From: a virus
Taxonomy: Duplodnaviria > Heunggongvirae > Uroviricota > Caudoviricetes
Virus record (IMG/VR): IMGVR_UViG_3300050821_002544
DNA: 64,000 nucleotides
Direction: 5' to 3' (one strand)
Made by a program: the position numbers and the translations under genes. The stretch's first letter is position 1; each line of letters starts with the position of its first letter. The notes beneath the pieces are model-generated. The model saw only the letters and a list, made by a program, of their open reading frames with translations, was not told where the DNA came from and searched no databases. Below are positions 37,366 to 45,933 of the stretch, one piece after another.

Positions 37366-37432
37366 TAACCGTTATAGCTATCTAGAACTAAGATATCCCT
37401 TCCATAGTTCTAGAGAATCCATAACGGTATTT
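37366..37432. terminator. Bidirectional terminator between convergent genes
   Basis: Long dyad taaccgttatagctatctagaacta...tagttctagagaatccataacggta followed by TTTCTTTTTGTTTCT. Confidence 0.65.
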
Positions 37433-37880
37433 CTTTTTGTTTCTAACGATTTTATTTGAGCAAGTAGACCAGGAGACGGAACTTGCTTTTGCTTCTTTAA
37501 ATCAGAAACAATCTTATATGACTCATTAAGAGTTACAACGATTTCTTCTAATCGCTCTTGTAATGAATCTACGTGAAAATTCTCAGGGTTTCACTTTAGA
37601 ATATTTCTTTGATAAGTTCTGTTGAAGCATCTTCTTCATTGCTTGTCTATTATGAGATTCCATCTTACGGGAATATTCTTCTGGACTAATTTTGCCTGTA
37701 GTCAGAAGATGATGAAGATCACGATGCTTGTTGTCTTTTAGTCCATTCATAGGAATTATTTATATGCGCGTTTCTTACAGACAATACAGCGCATCCCATC
37801 ACGACTTCCTAGTCCATGGAAATGATGGTCATCAAGAATATAACAATACCAGAATTTGGTCAGGAATTTCCTAAGACGTT

Positions 37881-38246
37881 TCATTTTGGAAACGCTTTTG
37901 GTCTTTTTCTAAAGGTAAAGGTAGCCGGATATGATTCATTATAACCCGGTTTATCATAAGTCACAGTCCAGCCTGCTTTTCTATAGATATCTTCTATATC
38001 CAACCAACCTCTTACAAAGATATTATTTGGATCTTCTGAGGAAATAAGGCTCTCTAATGCCTTTTCTGCATCAGATTGCAAAATAACACATGTCCCATTG
38101 ACAATATTTTTGGCAATAAGTTCATTCCACGTCTTAATGACGTTATCGGGTAATAGATTTTTCTTTAACTCTATTACTTCTTCTGGTGTAATTGGTTTGA
38201 CTTTATTTTCCATTATACTGCTTCCTTTAACTGCCATGCATGGCAA
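37881..38246 (-). CDS. Hypothetical protein (121 aa)
   Basis: Complete ORF. Confidence 0.4.
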   Translation of the reverse strand: MPCMAVKGSSIMENKVKPITPEEVIELKKNLLPDNVIKTWNELIAKNIVNGTCVILQSDAEKALESLISSEDPNNIFVRGWLDIEDIYRKAGWTVTYDKPGYNESYPATFTFRKRPKAFPK

Positions 38247-38602
38247 ACTGCCGCACTATCATCATAGTTATAGTTTGCACCATGTACCGAATGATTATCC
38301 ATCATTCTGCCATTATGGATGATAGCGCAATGCGCTTGTATTCCACGCCCATTTGCGCGATCTAGAACAGCAACCCATATGCCTCTCTTATTCCATTTAT
38401 TAAGATTTAGTTTTCGTTGATATGTTTTCTTTTCTATTACTTTAAAATCTCTGTTTAAGAGTTTTTCAATAATTTCTACAGGAACAGCATTATATGGTAC
38501 TCCTGCATCCATTATCATATGGCATACAATTTCATATGATAAACGATATACCATAGAAAGAGCAAAAGGAACACATGATAGTGTATCGGGCTCAATTTCC
38601 AT
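38213..38602 (-). CDS. Hypothetical protein with Cys/His pair (possible papain-fold peptidase)
   Basis: LSCVPFALSMV...GIQAHCAIIHNG; the arrangement resembles C39-type catalytic Cys and His, though the similarity is weak. Confidence 0.3.
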   Translation of the reverse strand: MEIEPDTLSCVPFALSMVYRLSYEIVCHMIMDAGVPYNAVPVEIIEKLLNRDFKVIEKKTYQRKLNLNKWNKRGIWVAVLDRANGRGIQAHCAIIHNGRMMDNHSVHGANYNYDDSAAVCHAWQLKEAV

Positions 38603-39013
38603 ATTATGGATGCCCCAACATCATAGTAATAAGATTATGTCTTCCGTCTACTAGAACAGAAAGAATAATAACAAGACTTACGCCTGCTATTGCAATTGTT
38701 AAGAGAAGACCAAAGAAATTGACAATTGATTTAATCATTTTCTATGTGTTCTATGTGTTCTATTGCGAGTGCCAGTGCAGTAATGCCGATCACAGCAAGC
38801 AGCATATAAATTACAAACGTACATCCTGTACCAACCAACAAAAGGATGTAGAGAGTTTTCATGGTCTATGTCGTCTTACGCCCAAAGTCTTAGACTCGTA
38901 ACAATCGTTATACCCTCGGATATATCCAAGATCCCATCCACGCGATTGTCCAAATCTATGTCCAAGAATGAACACAAGAATGATAACAATCGCAATGATG
39001 CCATATGCTACTA

Positions 39014-39400
39014 TCAAGCTGCACCAGTCCATTTACAGTTACCGTAATTCGGCTCAAGGATATTGCCGCGAACAAAATTCAGGGCAGGCGCTTTCCATGA
39101 CGCACACTTGAGAATATCGCCGACCTTAAGAGAAAGCTTTACGCCTTTCTTAGTCGGAACATTCACGATGCAATCTTGCATTACAATGAAGCAATGTGAA
39201 CTGCGCGATGAACCCGACATGTGCCAGATGCGAAGAAATTTTTGACCTTTCTTAATCTTGTCCGTAGCAAGATCATAGCGGGGAGTAGAATTGGCACTAC
39301 CATTGTTCCATGGCGTAGACCAATCATTACCATAATCCTTGCGCATGGCATCCATATAAGCGACAAGGGCTAAATCAAGATCGTGTGTTTCGTATTTCAT
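39014..39400 (-). CDS. Hypothetical protein (128 aa)
   Basis: Complete ORF with the TTGCTC-N16-TATAAT promoter and ATG 7 nt after the -10. Confidence 0.5.
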   Translation of the reverse strand: MKYETHDLDLALVAYMDAMRKDYGNDWSTPWNNGSANSTPRYDLATDKIKKGQKFLRIWHMSGSSRSSHCFIVMQDCIVNVPTKKGVKLSLKVGDILKCASWKAPALNFVRGNILEPNYGNCKWTGAA

Positions 39401-39407
39401 GATGAGT

Positions 39408-39435
39408 ATTATACTGGAATCTACAGAAAGAGCAA
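39408..39435 (-). promoter_or_regulatory. Early promoter TTGCTC-N16-TATAAT
   Basis: Minus-strand cTTGCTCtttctgtagattccagTATAATactcatcATG. Confidence 0.6.
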
Positions 39436-39453
39436 GGAATATATTCCTATTAG

Positions 39454-39482
39454 AATCAACAACTTACGCCAAGTTCTTGATT
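39454..39482 (-). repeat. PeSL-like stem-loop element copy 5
   Basis: aatcaacaacttacgccaagttcttgatt. Confidence 0.55.
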
Positions 39483-39562
39483 TCATTGAAATTCAATCTT
39501 CGTGTCTACTTCCGCAGATATAAAGAAGACCTATTCCTAAAATAAGACCGATTGCAATCCAA

Positions 39563-39802
39563 TCAAACAAGTTCAGGTTTGACATATACTAAATCCTGTG
39601 CTGCGACCCATGTGCGGAATTTATCGGCATCTTGTACATTATCAAAAGTTATAGTAGTGTATCCAAATGCCTGAAATACATCCCACTTCTTATTTGGATT
39701 ATTATAAGAATCTCCAAAATGTTCTCTAAGCCACAAATAAGCTTCAAATTGTCTGGAATACCAGGAACGATCTAGTGTGATTTCATTAGGAATTTCTTTC
39801 AT
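39563..39802 (-). CDS. Hypothetical protein (79 aa)
   Basis: Small ORF. Confidence 0.4.
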   Translation of the reverse strand: MKEIPNEITLDRSWYSRQFEAYLWLREHFGDSYNNPNKKWDVFQAFGYTTITFDNVQDADKFRTWVAAQDLVYVKPELV

Positions 39803-40137
39803 ATTAGACTTTGACGATAAGGGATCGTTTTAACATCTTCTTGATCTAAGATAGAAATAGATATTTTATCGTTGTTGAGTTTTTCATACGAAGCGTAGAT
39901 GCCTGCCGTATATCCTGACATGCCGTATGCTTTATCATGACAATAATAAACACTACCGGTAGTGTTATAAAACTCATAACCGGTTTCAGTCTTTGCAACC
40001 GAAGTAATACTAGAACTCATACGCCAGGAATCACCCCCGGCATATCCACCGTACCAACTTCCTAGTACTTTAAAGATAGATTTATCCAGAGATTTAATCT
40101 CCACAACTACCCATTTATCCGGATTATATGTATTCAT
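39799..40137 (-). CDS. Hypothetical protein (112 aa)
   Basis: Complete ORF, ATGA overlaps on both sides. Confidence 0.45.
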   Translation of the reverse strand: MNTYNPDKWVVVEIKSLDKSIFKVLGSWYGGYAGGDSWRMSSSITSVAKTETGYEFYNTTGSVYYCHDKAYGMSGYTAGIYASYEKLNNDKISISILDQEDVKTIPYRQSLI

Positions 40138-40454
40138 GCAAATGCTTCGAATGGAAGCTTCTCAGATTCTATCCCCAAATAGGCAATAGATTTAGGATCA
40201 AAAACAATAGAATCGCCGGTTTCTAACGTAATCATTAGATAAGAGAAATTCTTGATTTTCTTGAAACATTCTAGTTTCTGTTCTACTTCATCTTTTGATG
40301 CTTCAACAAAAGCGCTGCATACCTTTTCGCCGGTATACTTGAGGCAGACTACTGTGCGATATTTCATATAATAGAAAATGCCCCTACGCCGTAGGGGCAT
40401 CAGCCTATTTTTGGTCTTAGGCGACTTGCTTGCCATCCTGCACCAGAGTGACAA
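40134..40454 (-). CDS. Hypothetical protein (106 aa)
   Basis: Complete ORF. Confidence 0.4.
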   Translation of the reverse strand: MSLWCRMASKSPKTKNRLMPLRRRGIFYYMKYRTVVCLKYTGEKVCSAFVEASKDEVEQKLECFKKIKNFSYLMITLETGDSIVFDPKSIAYLGIESEKLPFEAFA

Positions 40455-40764
40455 CCTTAGACGCCTTGCGCGCCGCTGCCTTCTTAGCCTTCGGAGAAAG
40501 CTTTACTGCCTTCGCAGCGTTGACCTTAGCAACCAGCTTGGCAACGCGCGCCTGCGCCTTTTCGAGCTTCGCCGCATCCTTCACGGCACGTGCCGCAACC
40601 TTCTCAGACTTCGCCTTTGCCTTTTCTGCCTTCGCAGTTGCCTTAGCAGCCTTCATGCTCTCGCGTTCCACCTTGACCGATGCAGCAAGAGTCTTCACAG
40701 TCTCACGAGCAGTCTTCGAAGCGAGACGAGCGGCAACGAGTGCCAGTTGAGTTTCAGTTTTCAT
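40417..40764 (-). CDS. Ala/Lys-rich histone H1-like protein (KAxKA repeats), GC-rich gene
   Basis: 115 aa, about 30% Ala and 20% Lys with repeated AKA/KAK units. Local GC is about 55%, against about 35% background. Confidence 0.55.
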   Translation of the reverse strand: MKTETQLALVAARLASKTARETVKTLAASVKVERESMKAAKATAKAEKAKAKSEKVAARAVKDAAKLEKAQARVAKLVAKVNAAKAVKLSPKAKKAAARKASKVVTLVQDGKQVA

Positions 40765-40826
40765 AATTCAATAATACCTTTAAATGAGAGATTCAGTTTC
40801 GGTGAAGTACTTTTGTCTTTCACCAT
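40761..40826 (-). CDS. Leaderless 21-codon mini-ORF coupled (ATGA) to the Ala/Lys-rich gene
   Basis: The ATG is 7 nt after TATAAT (agagTATAATactctacATGgtgaaagac...). The stop TGA overlaps the ATG of the downstream gene. Confidence 0.35.
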   Translation of the reverse strand: MVKDKSTSPKLNLSFKGIIEL

Positions 40827-40833
40827 GTAGAGT

Positions 40834-40861
40834 ATTATACTCTAATCTATGTTTTATGCAA
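40834..40861 (-). promoter_or_regulatory. Early promoter TTGCAT-N16-TATAAT
   Basis: Minus-strand cTTGCATaaaacatagattagagTATAATactctacATG. Confidence 0.55.
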
Positions 40862-40879
40862 GTTATTAATTCTCTGTAG

Positions 40880-40908
40880 AATCAACGACTTACGCTAACC
40901 TGTTGATT
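40880..40908 (-). repeat. PeSL-like stem-loop element copy 6
   Basis: aatcaacgacttacgctaacctgttgatt. Confidence 0.6.
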
Positions 40909-41219
40909 TTGTTCAGTTTGCGCTTCTATTGCCGCAATGTACTCACGGTGTTTAATAACGAATTGATTGTTAAGAGACTTTAAGACAGCTTCTTGCACTG
41001 CAATACGCTGAAATAAATCATTACATTCTTCATGCAATTGACCGACAGTTTTCATACTCTAATACTCCATATCCACATAACGCCACGGCATGGTATTATC
41101 GATTCTATATTCTAATACACAGTTTTCGATATAATGTTCACTACGCCGAACCTGTACGGCACGTCGGCAAAGGTCTTTATCTTCCATTTCATGCGGAAGC
41201 AATATCCGCCAGCGAAGCA

Positions 41220-41435
41220 TCATAATACTCTCGTAATCAACATGCCGATATAACCCAGAAATGCACAGAATAATGTACCTGCTAATATCAAGAAAAAATT
41301 CTTTCTAGGAACATGATTCTGTGCAGTGTACACGCTACCGACATTCCTAGTGGATACGCCGATAATAATACAGATAATAAGAATGCCGCCTATTACCCAT
41401 GGTATAATAGAGGCATCATGCGCGTTATGATACAC
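41220..41435 (-). CDS. Small membrane protein (71 aa, 2 TM)
   Basis: Hydrophobic segments IIPWVIGGILIICIIIGV and LILAGTLFCAFLGYIGMLI. Confidence 0.4.
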   Translation of the reverse strand: MYHNAHDASIIPWVIGGILIICIIIGVSTRNVGSVYTAQNHVPRKNFFLILAGTLFCAFLGYIGMLITRVL

Positions 41436-41630
41436 TTAAAGTATTTCCCATTCCTGACCTTCCTGCACACAGACATCTTGCAACTGTCCAATCAGGACAT
41501 TCATGCGTCTTTGTGCAACATCGATCAATCGCGCATTGTCGATAGGACGCTGCGACAGAATAAAGATACTACGCTTGTAGTTCAAAATCTGTGCTTCAAG
41601 TTCATTGAAGCGCTGTTCTAATGTGAGCAT
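41436..41630 (-). CDS. Hypothetical protein (64 aa)
   Basis: Small ORF. Confidence 0.35.
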   Translation of the reverse strand: MLTLEQRFNELEAQILNYKRSIFILSQRPIDNARLIDVAQRRMNVLIGQLQDVCVQEGQEWEIL

Positions 41631-41737
41631 ATTTAACTCTTAAGGGGAATCTTGCCAAGGGCAAACATTATCAGACTTCCGAACATGACACATGTCCAAG
41701 AAACACCAAGAAAAACACCGACAAAAAACATTTGTGT

Positions 41738-41893
41738 TTAATACCTGACCAGTTCAGCGGTTTTTACGAAGAAGGTAGGATAGACATTCTGTACTATCTT
41801 CTTTGCCATTTCAACGTCATCGGCACGTACTGCGACAGGCATTGTATAGCCTATAGGAGACTTGATTTCTACTTTGTAGATACTTTGTTTCAT
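41738..41893 (-). CDS. Small hypothetical protein (51 aa) not in the ORF track
   Basis: MKQSIYKVEIKSPIGYTMPVAV..., preceded by TTGCTA-N16-TATAAT with the ATG 7 nt after the -10. Confidence 0.4.
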   Translation of the reverse strand: MKQSIYKVEIKSPIGYTMPVAVRADDVEMAKKIVQNVYPTFFVKTAELVRY

Positions 41894-41900
41894 GTTGAGT

Positions 41901-41928
41901 ATTATACGCTATTTGCTAAAACTAGCAA
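41901..41928 (-). promoter_or_regulatory. Early promoter TTGCTA-N16-TATAAT
   Basis: Minus-strand cTTGCTAgttttagcaaatagcgTATAATactcaacATG. Confidence 0.6.
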
Positions 41929-41946
41929 GGAATCAATTTACTTATA

Positions 41947-41975
41947 AATCAATGACTTAGCGTAAGTGCCTGATT
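41947..41975 (-). repeat. PeSL-like stem-loop element copy 7
   Basis: aatcaatgacttagcgtaagtgcctgatt. Confidence 0.6.
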
Positions 41976-41976
41976 C

Positions 41977-42453
41977 TTATAGAGTTCTAGAAGGAGTGAT
42001 TCCACGATATTGCGCATTCTTATCAAGAGTCGCCAATATAGAAGAATTATCCAATACTATCATATGGTTAGAGTTGACCACTAACACATAAGAAGGAACC
42101 TTCAAATGTGCCGCAATAACAGCATCATCAAAAGAGAAGTTTCCGGCAGTTTTCTCAGTGCCAGGATGACTATGGTAAATGCCTGATATTGCACAAGATT
42201 TTGGAATTCCACCCCTCAAAGAGAAATGGTGTTGATCCTTGTCGGTCTGTGCCTCCGTATAACGGATACCATCGGTGCAAGTAAGGATAAGTCCACCATA
42301 CTCAAAAGTCTTAGACTCCTCTCTAATGCCTTCTAATGCGGTCCTAGCAGCGCTATCGACAGACTCGAAAGAATCGACGGAAAGTGTCAAAGGTTGCGAT
42401 GCAGCAAAGGCAGAACTTGCAACGAGAGAAAGTGCTAAAAATGTCTTATTCAT
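41977..42453 (-). CDS. Secreted protein with signal peptide and HSHPG motif
   Basis: Start moved to MNKTFLALSLVASSAFAA (42453), 9 nt after the promoter -10. The ORF-track start at 42498 lies upstream of that promoter. Confidence 0.5.
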   Translation of the reverse strand: MNKTFLALSLVASSAFAASQPLTLSVDSFESVDSAARTALEGIREESKTFEYGGLILTCTDGIRYTEAQTDKDQHHFSLRGGIPKSCAISGIYHSHPGTEKTAGNFSFDDAVIAAHLKVPSYVLVVNSNHMIVLDNSSILATLDKNAQYRGITPSRTL

Positions 42454-42462
42454 AATAAGAGT

Positions 42463-42490
42463 ATTATACACTGTGCAGTGAATATAGCAA
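42463..42490 (-). promoter_or_regulatory. Early promoter TTGCTA-N16-TATAAT
   Basis: Minus-strand cTTGCTAtattcactgcacagtgTATAATactcttattATG. Confidence 0.6.
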
Positions 42491-42508
42491 GAAAACAAAA
42501 TATAATAA

Positions 42509-42537
42509 AATCAATGACTTACGCTAACCCATTGATT
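42509..42537 (-). repeat. PeSL-like stem-loop element copy 8
   Basis: aatcaatgacttacgctaacccattgatt. Confidence 0.6.
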
Positions 42538-42671
42538 CTATTGAAACCAATGAAAATGATTTGCAATCTGAGATAAAAGAAATAATGCAATGATGCAGAT
42601 TCCTAGGTATCTCTTGGGTAGTCTTTTCTTAAAGAACATCCATAAGACAGAAAATCCTGCCTGTGCAAGAA

Positions 42672-42980
42672 TCAGGAGCCAGAATAGGCATTCACGCCAC
42701 ATCGCGGGCATAAAGGATCTACCTTTGTTTCAGGACAGGTACAGGGTTTTAGTACATTTGTCTCTATGGAAACAAATTTACTTTCTTGTTTTGATGCATT
42801 CCAACAGGCGCGGAAATCACGTCGATGATTAATACATGACATGTTCTTTTCACAATACCATTTAAACCATTGGTCAAAAGTCATAGTATCTTGTTTGCAA
42901 GTGCAAGGTTTATCCCTTGGCGACCCTCCGATCCCATATGCGTCGCATGATACCAAATGCGTAGAAACAAAGTTTATCAT
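42672..42980 (-). CDS. Cys-rich hypothetical protein (102 aa)
   Basis: 11 Cys, including CTC...CPRC motifs. Confidence 0.4.
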   Translation of the reverse strand: MINFVSTHLVSCDAYGIGGSPRDKPCTCKQDTMTFDQWFKWYCEKNMSCINHRRDFRACWNASKQESKFVSIETNVLKPCTCPETKVDPLCPRCGVNAYSGS

Positions 42981-43174
42981 AGTCTACAATCTCTATAACC
43001 TGTCAGCAAGATTCTTACGGCAATATTAATAGAATTTTCACATACCGTATAATCTCTAGGAGATTCTGTATCTTCTCCTACCGGAATATGATACCATGCT
43101 GGCGGATCGATAATCCGCGCAAGAGCAACAACGTCGTCTCGCCTATAATCGTTTGGATTATGGTTAGTAGTCAT
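42977..43174 (-). CDS. Hypothetical protein (65 aa)
   Basis: Small ORF. Confidence 0.35.
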   Translation of the reverse strand: MTTNHNPNDYRRDDVVALARIIDPPAWYHIPVGEDTESPRDYTVCENSINIAVRILLTGYRDCRL

Positions 43175-43370
43175 TGGCTTCGCCTATATCGTCCCATGCG
43201 CCAGGACCGGAGTCAATATATCGTCCGTACTGTTCTTCGCGGGATGCGTTCTGCTTGAACTTGCGACGCTCAGAGCGATTGATATAAATTCGAGTCTTCT
43301 TGACCGAGTTCATAGGAGTGCAGCAAGGGCACTTGATCCCACCAGGACCGATTTTCTTATGTGCTTTCAT
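43164..43370 (-). CDS. Zinc-ribbon protein (68 aa)
   Basis: IKCPCCTPMNSVKK. Confidence 0.4.
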   Translation of the reverse strand: MKAHKKIGPGGIKCPCCTPMNSVKKTRIYINRSERRKFKQNASREEQYGRYIDSGPGAWDDIGEANDY

Positions 43371-43516
43371 CTTCTTTTACTACGCGAACATTAATATATG
43401 TGTCAGGCAATTCTTTCATTGCTTCCGCAACTTCATCTGCCTTCTCTTGTGAGATATAGCCAGCCGATTCACAGAGATATATGTTACCCTTATGATGAAT
43501 CAAATCGTAGATTACT

Positions 43517-43783
43517 TTATACATGTTCTAATTTTTCCTTAATTGCACAAACTGCTTTCTGTGAAGCTTCCCATCTGTAGAATGCTACACTTTGCTGCTT
43601 ACAGGCAAAATTCAATAGTTGATTCTGATAGCGAAGTTCTGCCGCAAGCTTATCACAAAGCTTTTCCATATCGGCTAGTTGCTGCTCACGTGCCTTGCGC
43701 AGTCTTTCTAGTTCTGATAGTTGCTGTTCATTAGCCACTGTACTTGATTCCCATTGCCGCATAGAGTATATAACACTCTTCAT
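43517..43783 (-). CDS. Coiled-coil protein (88 aa)
   Basis: Heptad-like EQQLSELERLRKAREQQLADMEKL. Confidence 0.4.
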   Translation of the reverse strand: MKSVIYSMRQWESSTVANEQQLSELERLRKAREQQLADMEKLCDKLAAELRYQNQLLNFACKQQSVAFYRWEASQKAVCAIKEKLEHV

Positions 43784-43904
43784 CGCTCAATTCCCATCGG
43801 GAACTTGCAATGTCACATGCTGCCCATACGTCATGCTTGTGCTTGCCTTCCATTAGCGCCATCGCAGTCGAAATCGCTTCTGCTACAATTTCGTTATTAG
43901 ACAT
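43731..43904 (-). CDS. Hypothetical protein (start at internal MSNNEIV)
   Basis: The ORF-track N-terminus overlaps the upstream gene; the trimmed version gives an 8-nt overlap. Confidence 0.35.
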   Translation of the reverse strand: MSNNEIVAEAISTAMALMEGKHKHDVWAACDIASSRWELSDEECYILYAAMGIKYSG

Positions 43905-44091
43905 TGTGATGATCCAGAATATCCGTGATGGTTTCGGCAAACATGTCCTTGCCCCAGGCAACGGCGAGTTCGATGTAAAACTGATTTTGAAAATCATCCA
44001 ACGGCTCGCGCCGGAACTGAAAAATTTGCATTCGGCAAGTCTCACGAATCTCGTTCAAGATCGCAAAAAGCTGTTCGTTAGTATGTTCCAT
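43897..44091 (-). CDS. Hypothetical protein (64 aa)
   Basis: Clean composition (MEHTNEQLFAILNEIRETCRMQIF...). Confidence 0.4.
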   Translation of the reverse strand: MEHTNEQLFAILNEIRETCRMQIFQFRREPLDDFQNQFYIELAVAWGKDMFAETITDILDHHNV

Positions 44092-44094
44092 ATA

Positions 44095-44289
44095 TTATGA
44101 TGCTTTCCGCAAGTACTTGATTTGCTCAGTAGTCGGCTGGTCTATATTGTCCCATTTCACAGTGACAAGTATCTCAGAATTGACTTCTATGATCGTTCCG
44201 TTTGGAACATCATTATACATCGGCGCAACCCGATAACCAACCTTTGCTAACTTCTTCATCATATGGTGCCCATTATACACTACTTTCAT
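44095..44289 (-). CDS. Hypothetical protein (64 aa)
   Basis: Small ORF. Confidence 0.4.
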   Translation of the reverse strand: MKVVYNGHHMMKKLAKVGYRVAPMYNDVPNGTIIEVNSEILVTVKWDNIDQPTTEQIKYLRKAS

Positions 44290-44317
44290 TAAAAGACAAG
44301 AAGAATACTCTTAAGAA

Positions 44318-44346
44318 AATCAATGACTTACAACAACTCTATGATT
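44318..44346 (-). repeat. PeSL-like element copy 9 (degenerate right half)
   Basis: aatcaatgacttacaacaactctatgatt. Confidence 0.45.
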
Positions 44347-44530
44347 TCATTAGTCCTATTAGGTTAGCTTCTTCGTAGAATCTTCGTTGTGCTAGCTTCA
44401 CTGTCGAAACGTCCTCATAACGCTTATCATACGGCATATGATCGTCATAGACAGGAATTGATGGTGCATGTTGACACTCTTCACAGCCGACGCCTTGACA
44501 GTTCTCGCAGTATACAATAAAATCAGCCAT
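44339..44530 (-). CDS. Cys-rich zinc-binding protein (63 aa)
   Basis: CENCQGVGCEEC. Confidence 0.4.
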   Translation of the reverse strand: MADFIVYCENCQGVGCEECQHAPSIPVYDDHMPYDKRYEDVSTVKLAQRRFYEEANLIGLMKS

Positions 44531-44660
44531 CTTCGTCTTCTCCTAAATCTTCTCCTGCAATGTACTTATATTCAAACCAAGAAATACCTGCAAGTACAAT
44601 AATCGACAATATGAAAAATCCTATGATGCCTAAGATCAACCAGCCTATAGTTTTAAGCAT
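44523..44660 (-). CDS. Small membrane protein (start trimmed to MLKTIGW)
   Basis: TM helix LILGIIGFFILSIIVLAGI. The N-terminus of the ORF-track ORF overlaps the next gene. Confidence 0.35.
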   Translation of the reverse strand: MLKTIGWLILGIIGFFILSIIVLAGISWFEYKYIAGEDLGEDEDG

Positions 44661-44874
44661 GTACAGGAACCAATTTATACTCTGTAACACGATATTCCTT
44701 ATCTCGGTTATATACGAAGTCTTTGTTACTATTAATGACATTACACAGAGCATCGGCTTCTTCTTTTGACATGTTCATACGCCATGCTTCATCTCGTTTC
44801 CATTCGAATTGGATCTTCATACCGTTCCCGACTATCTGTGTCCAGCGAGATTCTATTAGAAATAGATTATTCAT
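44653..44874 (-). CDS. Hypothetical protein (73 aa)
   Basis: Small ORF. Confidence 0.4.
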   Translation of the reverse strand: MNNLFLIESRWTQIVGNGMKIQFEWKRDEAWRMNMSKEEADALCNVINSNKDFVYNRDKEYRVTEYKLVPVHA

Positions 44875-45136
44875 ACCAGACTTCTATGCGATAGGCTTCT
44901 GGATACATGACAGAAAGCCTATTATTAAGCTTTGTCATTTCTCGCTTACGTTTGCCTGTGTTGATGCTTCCCATGACACTCTTTGTCTTCACCCATATAG
45001 TACCATGTATAGGATAATTAGGATCAGGCAATGCCGATCCTTTGACGGTATAGTGGAGCGCTTCCCGTTCTCCGCTAGGGCGGTGCTGGAGTGCAGCATA
45101 GTGCGTTCTAGTCGCCTTTACGATATCAGTATACAT
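44867..45136 (-). CDS. Hypothetical protein (89 aa)
   Basis: Small ORF. Confidence 0.4.
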   Translation of the reverse strand: MYTDIVKATRTHYAALQHRPSGEREALHYTVKGSALPDPNYPIHGTIWVKTKSVMGSINTGKRKREMTKLNNRLSVMYPEAYRIEVWYE

Positions 45137-45320
45137 GTTCTACCTGCATAGTTGCGAGATTCACGACTTCATACCAATCGACACCAATGCCACTCTTGAG
45201 AAGTTTCTTTCCGGCATTGTCGGCTTTCTTAAGAGTATCATACGATCCTCTATAGTCGTTCCATGCGGCAGGATAGTATGTATCGCCTGCAAGAACGATA
45301 TACTGTTTTACTTTTACCAT
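45126..45320 (-). CDS. Hypothetical protein (64 aa)
   Basis: Small ORF. Confidence 0.35.
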   Translation of the reverse strand: MVKVKQYIVLAGDTYYPAAWNDYRGSYDTLKKADNAGKKLLKSGIGVDWYEVVNLATMQVEHVY

Positions 45321-45327
45321 TACTGCG

Positions 45328-45657
45328 TTACCATGATATCTTAATACTTCCTACGTCAAAGGGTTTGAGAGCAATATCGACAGTGAATGTGCTATCATGC
45401 CAAAAATCTTCTGTTAGTTCAATGTCGGCATCTGAGAAATTATCGGCAACTTCTCCACTCTGAAACCACCATGTTCTACCGTTATATGTCGCAATAGTAG
45501 AAACTCCATAGCGATGCGCATAGTCCTTACTCATCTGTCCGACTTTGGTCTTATTGCCATCATCCCATACGACAGTAGTATAATCAGAGTTTTCTGACAA
45601 TACGTACATGTTGCGCTTGATTAGCGCCTCACGAATCTTTTCTAATTGTTCGTTCAT
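45328..45657 (-). CDS. Hypothetical protein (109 aa)
   Basis: Complete ORF. Confidence 0.4.
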   Translation of the reverse strand: MNEQLEKIREALIKRNMYVLSENSDYTTVVWDDGNKTKVGQMSKDYAHRYGVSTIATYNGRTWWFQSGEVADNFSDADIELTEDFWHDSTFTVDIALKPFDVGSIKISW

Positions 45658-45908
45658 AGATTCGCTTTTCTGATGTACTCTAAGTCATCATAGGAAAACC
45701 AAATATTTATCCAACCGTCTTTAATTTCGGTGTGGGTGCGAATCGTCGTATGCCATAGAAGACTGCGAATTTTGTGCTCAATCATCCGCATGGTTTGATG
45801 GTTGACGGGAAGACCCACAAATTCCTCTAATTCAGCATGAGTAATACCAGCGCTGGCGTGAGGGTCATCCGTACCGCGAATTTTGTCGTCAACATTTATC
45901 CCGCTCAT
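45654..45908 (-). CDS. Hypothetical protein (84 aa)
   Basis: Small ORF, ATGA overlap. Confidence 0.4.
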   Translation of the reverse strand: MSGINVDDKIRGTDDPHASAGITHAELEEFVGLPVNHQTMRMIEHKIRSLLWHTTIRTHTEIKDGWINIWFSYDDLEYIRKANL

Positions 45909-45933
45909 GATTTTCCCTCTCTGCTGGTAGCAT

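Noticed and set aside
40378-40830. 150-aa and 106-aa plus-strand ORFs overlapping the Ala/Lys-rich gene
   Set aside because: The GC-rich island inflates ORF length in all frames. The minus-strand Ala/Lys frame has a coherent repeat structure and a promoter, while the plus-strand frames are Arg/Leu/Cys-rich nonsense.
41732-41947. 71-aa plus-strand ORF (41732-41947)
   Set aside because: The opposite strand carries a small gene with a perfect TTGCTA-N16-TATAAT promoter and ATG spacing. The plus-strand ORF has no comparable signals and would be the only other plus-strand gene in the region.
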